DNA from: a virus
DNA length: 63,330 nucleotides
IMG/VR virus record: IMGVR_UViG_3300037851_000912
Coordinates: 1 to 63,330 of that record
Strand: one strand, 5' to 3'
The position numbers and the translations under genes were made by a program. Position 1 is the stretch's first letter. The number at the start of each line of letters is the position of its first letter. Below the pieces are notes generated by a model. That model was not told the origin of the DNA, did no database searches, and saw only the letters and a list, made by a program, of their open reading frames with translations. Shown here piece after piece: positions 34,776 through 42,821 of this stretch.

Positions 34776-37700
34776 GTGGCGCTGTCCAAGAAGTGCTACG
34801 CGACGAAAGACTCGCTGTTCGCGTACCGAGAGTCCGGCGGGGTCAACCTTGGCGGCGGGCAGGACGACCATCTGCCGGTCGGGTACAACCCGGGCTACCG
34901 CTTCCGGTCGGGCATCGTGTTCGGCCTGGACTGGACCGGCGTCAAGCAGATCGTCTCGGCGTCGCTGAACCTGAAGGTCGCCAGCCAGGCGCACATGGAG
35001 TACGGGTCCGACCCCGACGTGTACGTGGAGCGGGCGACGGAGAGCTGGACGGAGAACAGCTACCGGAGCTCGTACGACTCGCCGGCTGGCGCCGGCTGGT
35101 ACAACGCGACGACCGCATGGCCGGGGCCCGCGGTCACGACGACCGGCCGGGCCACGTGGGACGTCAACCCGACCGAGGATGGCTGGGTCAGCGTCGACAT
35201 CAGCGACATCGTCGAAGCCTGGGCCCCGACGACGGTCAAGAAGCGGGACGGCACGGCTGGCGGCGCGGCCTCGAACTACGGGGTGGTGCTCCGCGGGGTC
35301 GCCGGTGACACGTCGACCGACGACACGATCGAGTTCTACTCTCGGCACACGGCGAACGACCCGTACGTGCTGATCGTGTACTCGTCGAACACGGCGCCGA
35401 CCGCGCCGACGCTGGTGAAGGTCGACGGCAAGACGACCGGGACCTCGGATATCACCGACACGACGCCGGTCGTGACCTTCACCGGGCACGACGCTGACGT
35501 CGGCGATACGCTCTCGAAGTACGACATCCAGATTGACACGACGACCGACAACGGGGTGGCGCCTGACTGGACCGCTCTCGCGTGGGAGGCGGTCGGCGGG
35601 ACCTCGGGCATCGTGGACCAGACCGTCACGCGGACGGTCGGCACGGCGCTCACGAGCGGGCAATGGTACGCGCTGCGTTGCCGGACGTACGACGCGGCGA
35701 ACGCGCAAGGCGCCTGGTCGGCGACGTTCTGGTTCCGAGTCAACGCGGTGCCGACCGTCGGCACGCTGGTGCCGACGCCCGGGTCTGTCGCCGAGACTTG
35801 GAACCGGGACGCGACGGCCCTGTGGACGCTCGGCGGGAGCCACGCGAAGCCCGTTCTCGGGTTCACGCCGGCCGATGCGGCCGGGGACAAGATCACCGAC
35901 TACGAGGTCAGGATCAAGACGAGCGCCGGCGGTGCCGCCGTGCACACCGCCGACAAGGACAACAGCACGCCATCGACGGCGCTGCCGTGGACGCAGGGCG
36001 TCGCCCGCACGGTGAAGGTGAACTACGCGATCCTGAACGAGACGACGTACTACTGGGACGTGCGCGTTCAGGACGAGAACGGCACGTGGTCGAACTATTC
36101 GGGCGAGCAGACGTTCATGGTCCGCTGGGGCCAGGCGAGGTACAGCTTCCAGCCGGGCGCTACGTCGTCGAACTGGACATGGTCGACCGGGCCGGTCAAC
36201 GCGACCGATCAGGGTGACGCCTCGTTCCTGTTCGGGTCAGCGTCGACCAGCACCGGAACGCCGGGCACGTGGTACGCGGACATCGCTGCGGCCGAGGCCG
36301 CGAAAGGCACGAACGGATGGATGCACGTCGCCGTTCGCCTGACCGCATGGGGCGTGTCCATCTGCACCGCAGAGCTGACGTCGATGCGCTTCACGTACCT
36401 CGGCGCGGCGTCGACGCCGAACCATTGGCAGGCGTCCGGCGCCGCCGGCACGTGGACTCTCGACTCGGCCGTGCGCCGGTATGGCTCGCGGTCGTTCCGG
36501 TGCCGGACCGACGGCGTGACCTCTGGCAACACGTACGTGATCCCGTACCGAATGACCACCGGCGACGACGTGCCGGTGCTGCCGAACACGTCGTACACGT
36601 TCTCGGGGTGGATCAAGACGCAGGCAGCGATGACGAACCCGGTCCGGCTCCGGCTGTACCAGGCCGGTGCGAACACGGTGCTCCGGGCATCGTCCGCCGC
36701 CCTGTATGACTCGGCAGCCGAGGAGGGCAGCCAAGACGGCTGGGTCAGGCTGAGCGTCACGTACACGACGCTCAGCAACGAGTACCTGATTCGCCCGATG
36801 GTGCACTACAACCAGGGCACGCTCGCGAGCGACACGTTTTGGGTCGACGCCCTGAAGCTCGAGGAGGGACCCATCGCAACGGCGTGGTCGCCGGGCTATG
36901 TCGGGCAGGCCGTCGTGCTCGATGCGCAGGGGGTCGTCGTTGACGGCACGGCTGGCGGCACGTTCCGGATGCGTGGCTCGGGCGGCACGACGCGGGACAC
37001 GGTCGAGCTCGGGGCAAACGGCCTGATCGTCGGCGGCGACACGGTGATCCAGAGCCCGGCGACAGACGAGCTTCGCGTCGGGCTGGTCGACACCGGCGGT
37101 CCCGCAAAGTTGCACGTCAGCGGTGACGTGACGACCGGCCAGCCCGGCGGAGAGCTCCGGCTGGACGGCGGCGGCGTGAACCGCGATTACTGGCTGCGGA
37201 ACGAGAATACGGTGCTGTACGTCGGCTCGACGTCGCTGAACGACAGCGTCGCGCTGGACGACAGCGGCGGCACGAGCCCGCCCGGTTCGCTGGTCGACAC
37301 GGGCGCCGCCCAGCTGGTCGTCGGCGGGTACGTCGACGCGGTGCGGGACGGAGCGGCCTCGCGGTCGATGTTCCGCGGGTTCATCGGCCCGACCGACACG
37401 CAGCCTGCGATCCAGCTGTCGGTCGATGCGAGCTCGCGCCCGCAGATCCAGCTCGGGGCCGGCGGCTCGACCGCCGAGGACATCACGCTGTACCGACTGG
37501 CTGCGAACGAGCTCGCGCTCGGGGCCGGCGACATGCTGACGGCGAACGTGCCCGGCGCCGCCTACGAAGCAGGTGCCGCGCAGACGATCGCCGCCGCCGG
37601 GACCAGCACGAACCTCGGCTGGGGAACGAAGCTGTACGACACCGGCGACTCGTACAACGCGACGAACCGGTATTGGCTTGTCCCGAGCGGCAAGGGCGGG

Positions 37701-37982
37701 CTGTACCTGATCGCCGGGTCCTGCAACGTCGTGAACCAGACCGCAGGGTCCGCCAACCACACGCGGTGGTTCCTGTTCAAGGGAGGCGTGGAGCAGCCGG
37801 GCATTCTCGCTCAGGTGCACGGCACGGCCGGCACGAACGCGTCACAGACGTTCGCGAGGCTTGTTGTCTTGGCTGCCGGCAACACCGTGTCTATCCGGGC
37901 CGGGGTCTTCGGAGCTCAGGCCGACGTGTCGTTGACGGCGATTCAGATCGTTCGGCTGCACGCCGACGGGTTCATGACGTAG
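34776..37982 (+). CDS. Minor tail / receptor-binding protein (1068 aa): DNRLRE-like, FN3-like, CBM-like and C1q/TNF-like tip
   Basis: N-terminus FGLDWTGVKQIVSASLNLKV...DISDIVEAW. CBM-like segment FSGWIKTQ...FWVDALKLEEG. C-terminus LVPSGKGGLYLIAGSCNV...TVSIRAGVF. Confidence 0.7.
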   Translation: MALSKKCYATKDSLFAYRESGGVNLGGGQDDHLPVGYNPGYRFRSGIVFGLDWTGVKQIVSASLNLKVASQAHMEYGSDPDVYVERATESWTENSYRSSYDSPAGAGWYNATTAWPGPAVTTTGRATWDVNPTEDGWVSVDISDIVEAWAPTTVKKRDGTAGGAASNYGVVLRGVAGDTSTDDTIEFYSRHTANDPYVLIVYSSNTAPTAPTLVKVDGKTTGTSDITDTTPVVTFTGHDADVGDTLSKYDIQIDTTTDNGVAPDWTALAWEAVGGTSGIVDQTVTRTVGTALTSGQWYALRCRTYDAANAQGAWSATFWFRVNAVPTVGTLVPTPGSVAETWNRDATALWTLGGSHAKPVLGFTPADAAGDKITDYEVRIKTSAGGAAVHTADKDNSTPSTALPWTQGVARTVKVNYAILNETTYYWDVRVQDENGTWSNYSGEQTFMVRWGQARYSFQPGATSSNWTWSTGPVNATDQGDASFLFGSASTSTGTPGTWYADIAAAEAAKGTNGWMHVAVRLTAWGVSICTAELTSMRFTYLGAASTPNHWQASGAAGTWTLDSAVRRYGSRSFRCRTDGVTSGNTYVIPYRMTTGDDVPVLPNTSYTFSGWIKTQAAMTNPVRLRLYQAGANTVLRASSAALYDSAAEEGSQDGWVRLSVTYTTLSNEYLIRPMVHYNQGTLASDTFWVDALKLEEGPIATAWSPGYVGQAVVLDAQGVVVDGTAGGTFRMRGSGGTTRDTVELGANGLIVGGDTVIQSPATDELRVGLVDTGGPAKLHVSGDVTTGQPGGELRLDGGGVNRDYWLRNENTVLYVGSTSLNDSVALDDSGGTSPPGSLVDTGAAQLVVGGYVDAVRDGAASRSMFRGFIGPTDTQPAIQLSVDASSRPQIQLGAGGSTAEDITLYRLAANELALGAGDMLTANVPGAAYEAGAAQTIAAAGTSTNLGWGTKLYDTGDSYNATNRYWLVPSGKGGLYLIAGSCNVVNQTAGSANHTRWFLFKGGVEQPGILAQVHGTAGTNASQTFARLVVLAAGNTVSIRAGVFGAQADVSLTAIQIVRLHADGFMT

Positions 37983-37990
37983 GAGTGGCG

Positions 37991-38206
37991 ATGGGCGGCA
38001 CGAATGGAAGCTGGACCGGTCGCGACCCGCAGCTGCGGCTCCTGCGCTCGTTGGCAGTCACGGTGGTGCTCGGTCTGCTCGGGTATGTGGTTGTGTCGGA
38101 CCCGGATCCCGCGACGGTCGGCACGTTGATTGGAGCCCTGTTGATCCTGCTCGGGTTCGAGGCCGGGATCCGCTGGCCCGGCCCGCCGAAGGGAGGAGAG
38201 TCATGA
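37991..38206 (+). CDS. Small membrane protein (2 TM), holin-class candidate
   Basis: ATG 37991 after AGGAG. Contains LAVTVVLGLLGYVVV and LIGALLILLGF. Confidence 0.5.
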   Translation: MGGTNGSWTGRDPQLRLLRSLAVTVVLGLLGYVVVSDPDPATVGTLIGALLILLGFEAGIRWPGPPKGGES

Positions 38207-38511
38207 GCGCGGCGTGGTTCGCCATTGCCGTGTCGGTGCTGTCGGTGGCCGCATGGCTGTGGTTGCTGATTCGGTCGTTCAAGGGCTACCAGCGCCACGT
38301 CGAGCGCCGGCCGATGTGGCTCGCCATGCCGATAGTCGGCGTGATCGCGTCATTTGGGACGCTCGCCTCGGCCCTCGGCTACTGGGCCGCGCTGGAGCCG
38401 AGTGTCGAGCTGCCAAGCGACGTTCTGACGCTCGTCGCGTCGATGGGCCGCGGGGCCTTGCTGATGGCTGCCATAGTGTCGTTGGCGTACTACCGGCGTC
38501 CGCACAAGTAA
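38203..38511 (+). CDS. Membrane protein (about 3 TM), lysis-cassette candidate
   Basis: ATGA overlap. Hydrophobic segments WFAIAVSVLSVAAWLWLLI, PIVGVIASFGTLASALGYW and LLMAAIVSLAYY. Confidence 0.5.
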   Translation: MSAAWFAIAVSVLSVAAWLWLLIRSFKGYQRHVERRPMWLAMPIVGVIASFGTLASALGYWAALEPSVELPSDVLTLVASMGRGALLMAAIVSLAYYRRPHK

Positions 38512-38520
38512 GGAGGAGTG

Positions 38521-39294
38521 ATGGCCGTTCCGTTCTACCGAGCAGGGTTCGAGAAGCAGCTGACAGGCTCGACGCTCGGGGGGAAGAACTGCGCCGCGGC
38601 CTCTGGCGCGATGCTCGCCGACCAGGCGACGATGGGCCTGAAGAACCCGACGCCAGACGCCTTCCGCAAGGCGAGCGGCGATTTCGTCGGCGGCCTGTAC
38701 ATCGGGCAGGTCGCGTCGACGTTGCAGCGCGCCTACGGCGTGCACACGACCGTCTACGACGCGAGTGACGGGTACACGTGGCCGGAGATGCTGGCCGACC
38801 TGAAGCGGGGCCGGTTCATGGTCGTCTCGGGCGACTACGACCAGGTGCCCTACGCCCTGAAGGGCGACAAGTCGTTCTCGGACTTCCACGCCGTGTTCTA
38901 TCACGCCGTCGAGGGCGCCTACGTCGTCGTTGGGGATCCGCTGAACGACGGCCGCCGCCCGGGCATCCCGAAGGGCTACGTCAAGTGGCCGCTGTCGCTG
39001 GCCGAGAGGTACGTCGAGCGGTTCGACGCCCAGGTGGCCGGCAGCTCGCTGCACGCGGCGGTCATGGACCTGAAGCGACTGAAGGCGCGGCCCGTCCAGC
39101 CGCCGACGAACATCCGCGCCCTGCCGAACCGGTCCGCCGCCGTGATCGGGAAGTTCGGCGGGTCGACGCTCGTGACGTGGGGCGGCACGGTCGTCGGCGA
39201 GTCGATCGGCGGGAACAACGTCTGGTACCGGGTCTGGTGGCCCGCGGCCGCCCGCATCGGGTACTGCCACAGCTCCGTTGCGACGAGAGTCTGA
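38521..39294 (+). CDS. Endolysin: papain-like Cys peptidase/amidase plus a C-terminal SH3b-like domain
   Basis: ATG 38521 after AAGGAGG; the track start GTG 38518 is too close to the RBS. GKNCAAASGAML, DFHAVFYH, and C-terminal NNVWYRVWW. Confidence 0.6.
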   Translation: MAVPFYRAGFEKQLTGSTLGGKNCAAASGAMLADQATMGLKNPTPDAFRKASGDFVGGLYIGQVASTLQRAYGVHTTVYDASDGYTWPEMLADLKRGRFMVVSGDYDQVPYALKGDKSFSDFHAVFYHAVEGAYVVVGDPLNDGRRPGIPKGYVKWPLSLAERYVERFDAQVAGSSLHAAVMDLKRLKARPVQPPTNIRALPNRSAAVIGKFGGSTLVTWGGTVVGESIGGNNVWYRVWWPAAARIGYCHSSVATRV

Positions 39295-39323
39295 GATGGG
39301 GCCCACGTTCTGAGGAGGAAGGG

Positions 39324-39629
39324 ATGGACGTCTCGACGAACACCGCGCTCGTCATCTTCGCGGCGATCAGCCCGTTGCTGATTGCGTTCGTGAAGCAGAG
39401 CGGGTTCCCCCGGCAGGTGAACGCGCTGATCGCGCTCGTCTGCTACGTCGTCGTCGGCATCGCCGGCGTGCTGCTGAGCGGGCAGGACCTCACGCTCGAG
39501 AACGCGGTGAACCTGATCGCCACGGCGACCGTCGTCGGCTCGACGGCGTACCAGCTCGTGTGGTCGAACATCGGCGGCGAGCTCAGCCTCGACGACCGCC
39601 TGACCACGGCGACCAGCTTCGTGAAGTAG
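39324..39629 (+). CDS. Holin-like membrane protein
   Basis: ATG 39324 after GAGGAGGAAGGG. 101 aa with 2-3 hydrophobic helices. Confidence 0.5.
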   Translation: MDVSTNTALVIFAAISPLLIAFVKQSGFPRQVNALIALVCYVVVGIAGVLLSGQDLTLENAVNLIATATVVGSTAYQLVWSNIGGELSLDDRLTTATSFVK

Positions 39630-39634
39630 CCGCA

Positions 39635-39662
39635 GCGGGCATTCCGCACGGAATGAGCCCGC
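39635..39662 (+). terminator. Hairpin element copy 7 (extended stem)
   Basis: GCGGGCATTCC-GCAC-GGAATgaGCCCGC, 6 nt after the stop of 39324..39629. Confidence 0.7.
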
Positions 39663-39720
39663 CGCCAGCAGGTCCGTCGCCCGGAGGTGAGCCCGGCGCG
39701 GAAACCGCTGGCGGCGGGCT
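39656..39720 (+). other. Long inverted repeat (14-bp perfect stem, 37-nt loop)
   Basis: AGCCCGCCGCCAGC ... GCTGGCGGCGGGCT. Lies between hairpin copy 7 and promoter copy C. Confidence 0.5.
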
Positions 39721-39761
39721 TCTGAGTCATTGGACCTGTGTCTCCTGAGTCTATCTTCCCC

Positions 39762-39791
39762 TTGACGCCTAAGAGCGACGGGTGGGAACAT
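39762..39791 (+). promoter_or_regulatory. Sigma-70-type promoter, family copy C
   Basis: TTGACG, 18-nt spacer, GAACAT, then GAAGATACGAAAACCACCGAC. This leader is shared with copy B. Confidence 0.6.
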
Positions 39792-39817
39792 GAAGATACG
39801 AAAACCACCGACCCGCA

Positions 39818-39830
39818 GGAGCAGAGGACG
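39818..39830 (+). promoter_or_regulatory. Start-associated motif variant GGAGCAGAGGACG
   Basis: Abuts ATG 39831. One G is deleted relative to the core. Confidence 0.55.
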
Positions 39831-40364
39831 ATGAACGCGATGTACAAGGCCGAGTACGACCCCGAGCTGGCGCTGGCGTTCCGGAACGAGATCGCCATCG
39901 CGCTCGAGGACCCGCGGTGGCGCGGCGAGCGCGACAGCGTCTCCCCGGACGACCCGATGCTCGGCGCCGGCGGGAGCCCGGCGGCCCGGCGGCACGACCC
40001 GACGGGCCACGAGGACTGCGCGGCTGAGTGGGAACCCTGCGGCTGCCACGGCGACCGGCTGTGCCTGCTGGGCACGACGCTGCGCTGGATGCGCCAAACG
40101 TCCGAGCACGCGGCGTGGATGCGCGGCGTGCTCGAGACGCCGATGGGCCCGGAGCTGCTGCGGATGGCCGGCTGCGACAAGTGGGAGCCGGCCATCCGGG
40201 TGCGGCAGAGCGAGCGGATGGCGCGGCATCTGGCGCTGGACGCCTGGCCGCTGCTGGTGGCGAACGCCCGCGCCCAGAAAGAGCGCGACGTCCGGCTGGC
40301 CGAGGTGATCGCGACGGGCCCGATGACCGAGTCGGAGCTGCGGTACGTGTACGGCGACCGTTGA
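39831..40364 (+). CDS. Hypothetical protein (177 aa)
   Basis: First gene after promoter C. High GC3. Confidence 0.65.
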   Translation: MNAMYKAEYDPELALAFRNEIAIALEDPRWRGERDSVSPDDPMLGAGGSPAARRHDPTGHEDCAAEWEPCGCHGDRLCLLGTTLRWMRQTSEHAAWMRGVLETPMGPELLRMAGCDKWEPAIRVRQSERMARHLALDAWPLLVANARAQKERDVRLAEVIATGPMTESELRYVYGDR

Positions 40365-40411
40365 CGCAGCCAAGGTGCCGATGACAAGATGAAAGAAGAA
40401 AGGAGGCACCG

Positions 40412-40624
40412 ATGGAGAAGAAGTTCAAGCCGTACGACGACCTCGACGAGCGGATGGCTCGCTACGAGGAGATGGTCGCCCTGCGGGCGACCGGGCTGTC
40501 GTACGCGAAGATCGGAGAGCGGTACGGGCTCAGTCGGGCCCGCGTGGCTCAGGTGCTCGCGAAGCCGCCGGCGCTGGCCGGCCAGGTCGGGCACAAGGCG
40601 AAGCTGGCCGCGAAGGCCGGGTAG
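40412..40624 (+). CDS. Small HTH DNA-binding protein (sigma region-4/LuxR-like)
   Basis: AAGGAGG RBS within an unusually A-rich leader. Contains LRATGLSYAKIGERYGLSRARVAQVL. Confidence 0.6.
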   Translation: MEKKFKPYDDLDERMARYEEMVALRATGLSYAKIGERYGLSRARVAQVLAKPPALAGQVGHKAKLAAKAG

Positions 40625-40625
40625 G

Positions 40626-40641
40626 TTGGAGGCAGAGGACG
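40626..40641 (+). promoter_or_regulatory. Start-associated motif TTGGAGGCAGAGGACG
   Basis: Abuts ATG 40642. The prefix GTAGGTTGGAGGCAGAGG is shared with 49384. Confidence 0.75.
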
Positions 40642-41454
40642 ATGGCGGCAGCCGGGTGGAAGGGCGTGGTCCGGTTCGGACCGATGATCCAGTTCGAGGT
40701 GACGGCGAAGGCGGTCGATCGCGAGACGAAGTTCGCGTTCAACCTGCACCACGCCGAGTGCGGCGGACGGTTGCGGGCGAATCCGGAAGGGTCGCTGTGC
40801 GAGGCGTGCGGCGGGATGGTCACGAAAGAGCAGACGGTCCGCGGGTACAAGGGCGTGCCCGGGCTGGACGACGAGTACCTGAAGTCGCTCGAGCAGTCGA
40901 AGTCGGACGTCCTCGAGGTCGACGGCGTGGTCGACGGGGACGTGATCGAGCCGCGGCTGTTCAAGCGGTCGTACGACCTCGTCCCGGGGACAGCGGCGGC
41001 GAAGCCGTACGCGCTGTTCGCGAAGGCGCTCGCGTACCGGCACGAGGTCGCGATTGGCAAGGTCGTGTTCGGCGGCAAGGAGCAGATCGTCGCCCTGCGC
41101 CCGCGCAAGGGCGTGTTGGAGATGGAGCTCCTGTGGTGGCCGGACGAAGTGAAGTCGTCGGCCGAGGCCGAGGGCGAGATCGCCGGCATCGAGATCAGCG
41201 AGAAGGAGGCGGGGCTGGCCGGGTCGATGCTCGAGATGATGCGAATCGAGTGGGACCCGTCGAAGTACGTGAACGAGTACGCCGCGACGGTCAACGAGTA
41301 CCTGACCGGGTTCCTGGCCGGCAAGGAGCCGGTGAGGATCCAGCCCGTCGCCCGGCCGGAGACGCCGGCGATGTCGCTCGAGGACGCGCTGGCGGCTACG
41401 CTGGCGGCTCTCGGCGAGAAGAAGCCGGAGAAGCTGAAGGGCAAGGTCGCATGA
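40642..41454 (+). CDS. ku: Ku-like DNA end-binding protein with an inserted Zn-ribbon
   Basis: WKGVVRFGPMIQFEV, CGGRL...CEACGGMV, VRGYKG, and KPYALFAKALAYRHEVAIGKVVFGGKEQIVALRP match the bacterial Ku pattern. Confidence 0.7.
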   Translation: MAAAGWKGVVRFGPMIQFEVTAKAVDRETKFAFNLHHAECGGRLRANPEGSLCEACGGMVTKEQTVRGYKGVPGLDDEYLKSLEQSKSDVLEVDGVVDGDVIEPRLFKRSYDLVPGTAAAKPYALFAKALAYRHEVAIGKVVFGGKEQIVALRPRKGVLEMELLWWPDEVKSSAEAEGEIAGIEISEKEAGLAGSMLEMMRIEWDPSKYVNEYAATVNEYLTGFLAGKEPVRIQPVARPETPAMSLEDALAATLAALGEKKPEKLKGKVA

Positions 41455-41642
41455 AAGCGTCGAAGGTGTGTGAGCTGTGCGGGCAGGTCGGGGCTGTCCG
41501 CACGATCGTGCGGTACGTCGACCCGTTCGGGAAGTGGACGTTCGAGGCGATCGACCGCTGCCCTGACCGGGGCGCCTGCCGACTCCGGGTCGAGGCGCGA
41601 GGCGAGCGGTACTGGCCGGTCGACGCGCTCGTTCAGCCATGA
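41451..41642 (+). CDS. Hypothetical Cys-rich protein
   Basis: ATGA overlaps on both sides. Confidence 0.55.
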   Translation: MKASKVCELCGQVGAVRTIVRYVDPFGKWTFEAIDRCPDRGACRLRVEARGERYWPVDALVQP

Positions 41643-42442
41643 CGCACGTCGTGAAACCGGGGACGGCGAAGGCCGCCGCCGCGATGCAGTTCGCCCGCGA
41701 GCTGCAGAAGGCCGTCGGCGCCCGGGACGTGACATGGAACGAGCTCGAGCGAGCGACGGGCATCAGGCACACGGCGCTTGACAGCTATCGGCGCGGCGAC
41801 TCGATGCCGCGGATGGGGCCGGCGACCGTGCTAGCGACGGTGCTGAGCTGGCCCAGGCTGGTTGAGCTGACCCGCGAGATCCGGTCGGGCAAGTGCGAGC
41901 GGTGCACCGCGCCGTTCTTCAACGACGGCGGGAACCGCAAGCGGTACTGCTCCGCGCAATGCCGGATGGTGAGCGAGCGGCTGCGCCGCGTCGCCCAGCG
42001 CAACCGGCAGGCCGGGCACCCGACCGAACGAATGACGGAGCGCCGCCGCCACGAACAGGCGATGCGGCTGTTCCGCTCCGGGCTCCGCATCGCCGAGGAG
42101 AAGTCGCTGGCGCAGCTCGACGCCATCGCGGCGATGTGCAACGACTGTGAACCCGAGGGTGTCTGCCGCGCCGGCGACTGCCCGCTGCGGCTGTTCAGCC
42201 CGCTGCCGCTCGCGCAGCACGACGTCGGGTTCGTCCGGGACCGGAAGACCGTAATCGCGGCCTCGTGGACGCCCGAGCGCCGGGCAGCGGCCAGCGAACG
42301 CTCGAAGAAGATGCACGAGACGGGCGTTATCACGCCGCTCGGGTTCAGCGACGAGTCTCGCGAAAAGGCGGTGAAGGCGATCAAGGCGAAGGCCGAAAAG
42401 CGCCGTGCAGGGTCGTTGACAGGGCTCCGACGACCTGCCTGA
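41639..42442 (+). CDS. HTH (XRE-like) DNA-binding protein with a Cys-rich central region
   Basis: VTWNELERATGIRHTALDSYRRG, then CERC...YCSAQC. Confidence 0.55.
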   Translation: MTHVVKPGTAKAAAAMQFARELQKAVGARDVTWNELERATGIRHTALDSYRRGDSMPRMGPATVLATVLSWPRLVELTREIRSGKCERCTAPFFNDGGNRKRYCSAQCRMVSERLRRVAQRNRQAGHPTERMTERRRHEQAMRLFRSGLRIAEEKSLAQLDAIAAMCNDCEPEGVCRAGDCPLRLFSPLPLAQHDVGFVRDRKTVIAASWTPERRAAASERSKKMHETGVITPLGFSDESREKAVKAIKAKAEKRRAGSLTGLRRPA

Positions 42443-42446
42443 ATCG

Positions 42447-42507
42447 TGTGGCGGCGGTCCGCGCCGACGTTCCCCCGGACGTGTGACAGCAGCGGACCGC
42501 CGCCACA
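42447..42507 (+). terminator. Large stem-loop (15-16 bp perfect stem, 29-nt loop)
   Basis: (T)GTGGCGGCGGTCCGC ... GCGGACCGCCGCCAC(A), starting 5 nt after the stop of 41639..42442. Confidence 0.5.
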
Positions 42508-42691
42508 TAGCCTGCGAGCGTTGCCCCCGGCTCCGATGGTGGGGTCCGTATCGGTGCGAGACTGATTCCCAGACCTAGAGAAACCCGACCTGTGGGCGAA
42601 AGCCCGGGCGCGGTGGCGAGCGGTAACGGCAGCCCTGGGCGCGTTTGAGCCACCGAAAGTCACGCCGACCCCGACGGCCTAGACGGCATGT

Positions 42692-42718
42692 GACGGCCCC
42701 CTGCGACAAGGGGCCGTC
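42692..42718 (+). other. Stem-loop in the long non-coding gap
   Basis: GACGGCCCC, a 9-nt loop, then GGGGCCGTC. Confidence 0.45.
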
Positions 42719-42758
42719 CGCCTCCCGCCGAGCGGAGCCTTCCGGCATGTCAGGGTCG

Positions 42759-42787
42759 TAGACGAGAGACAGCGAAGGTGTCACGAT
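42759..42787 (+). promoter_or_regulatory. Candidate promoter for the recombination operon
   Basis: TAGACG (5/6 match to TTGACG), 17-nt spacer ending in TGT, then CACGAT. Confidence 0.4.
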
Positions 42788-42821
42788 GCTAGAGGAACAT
42801 GGGCAAGCTGGAGGTGAACGG

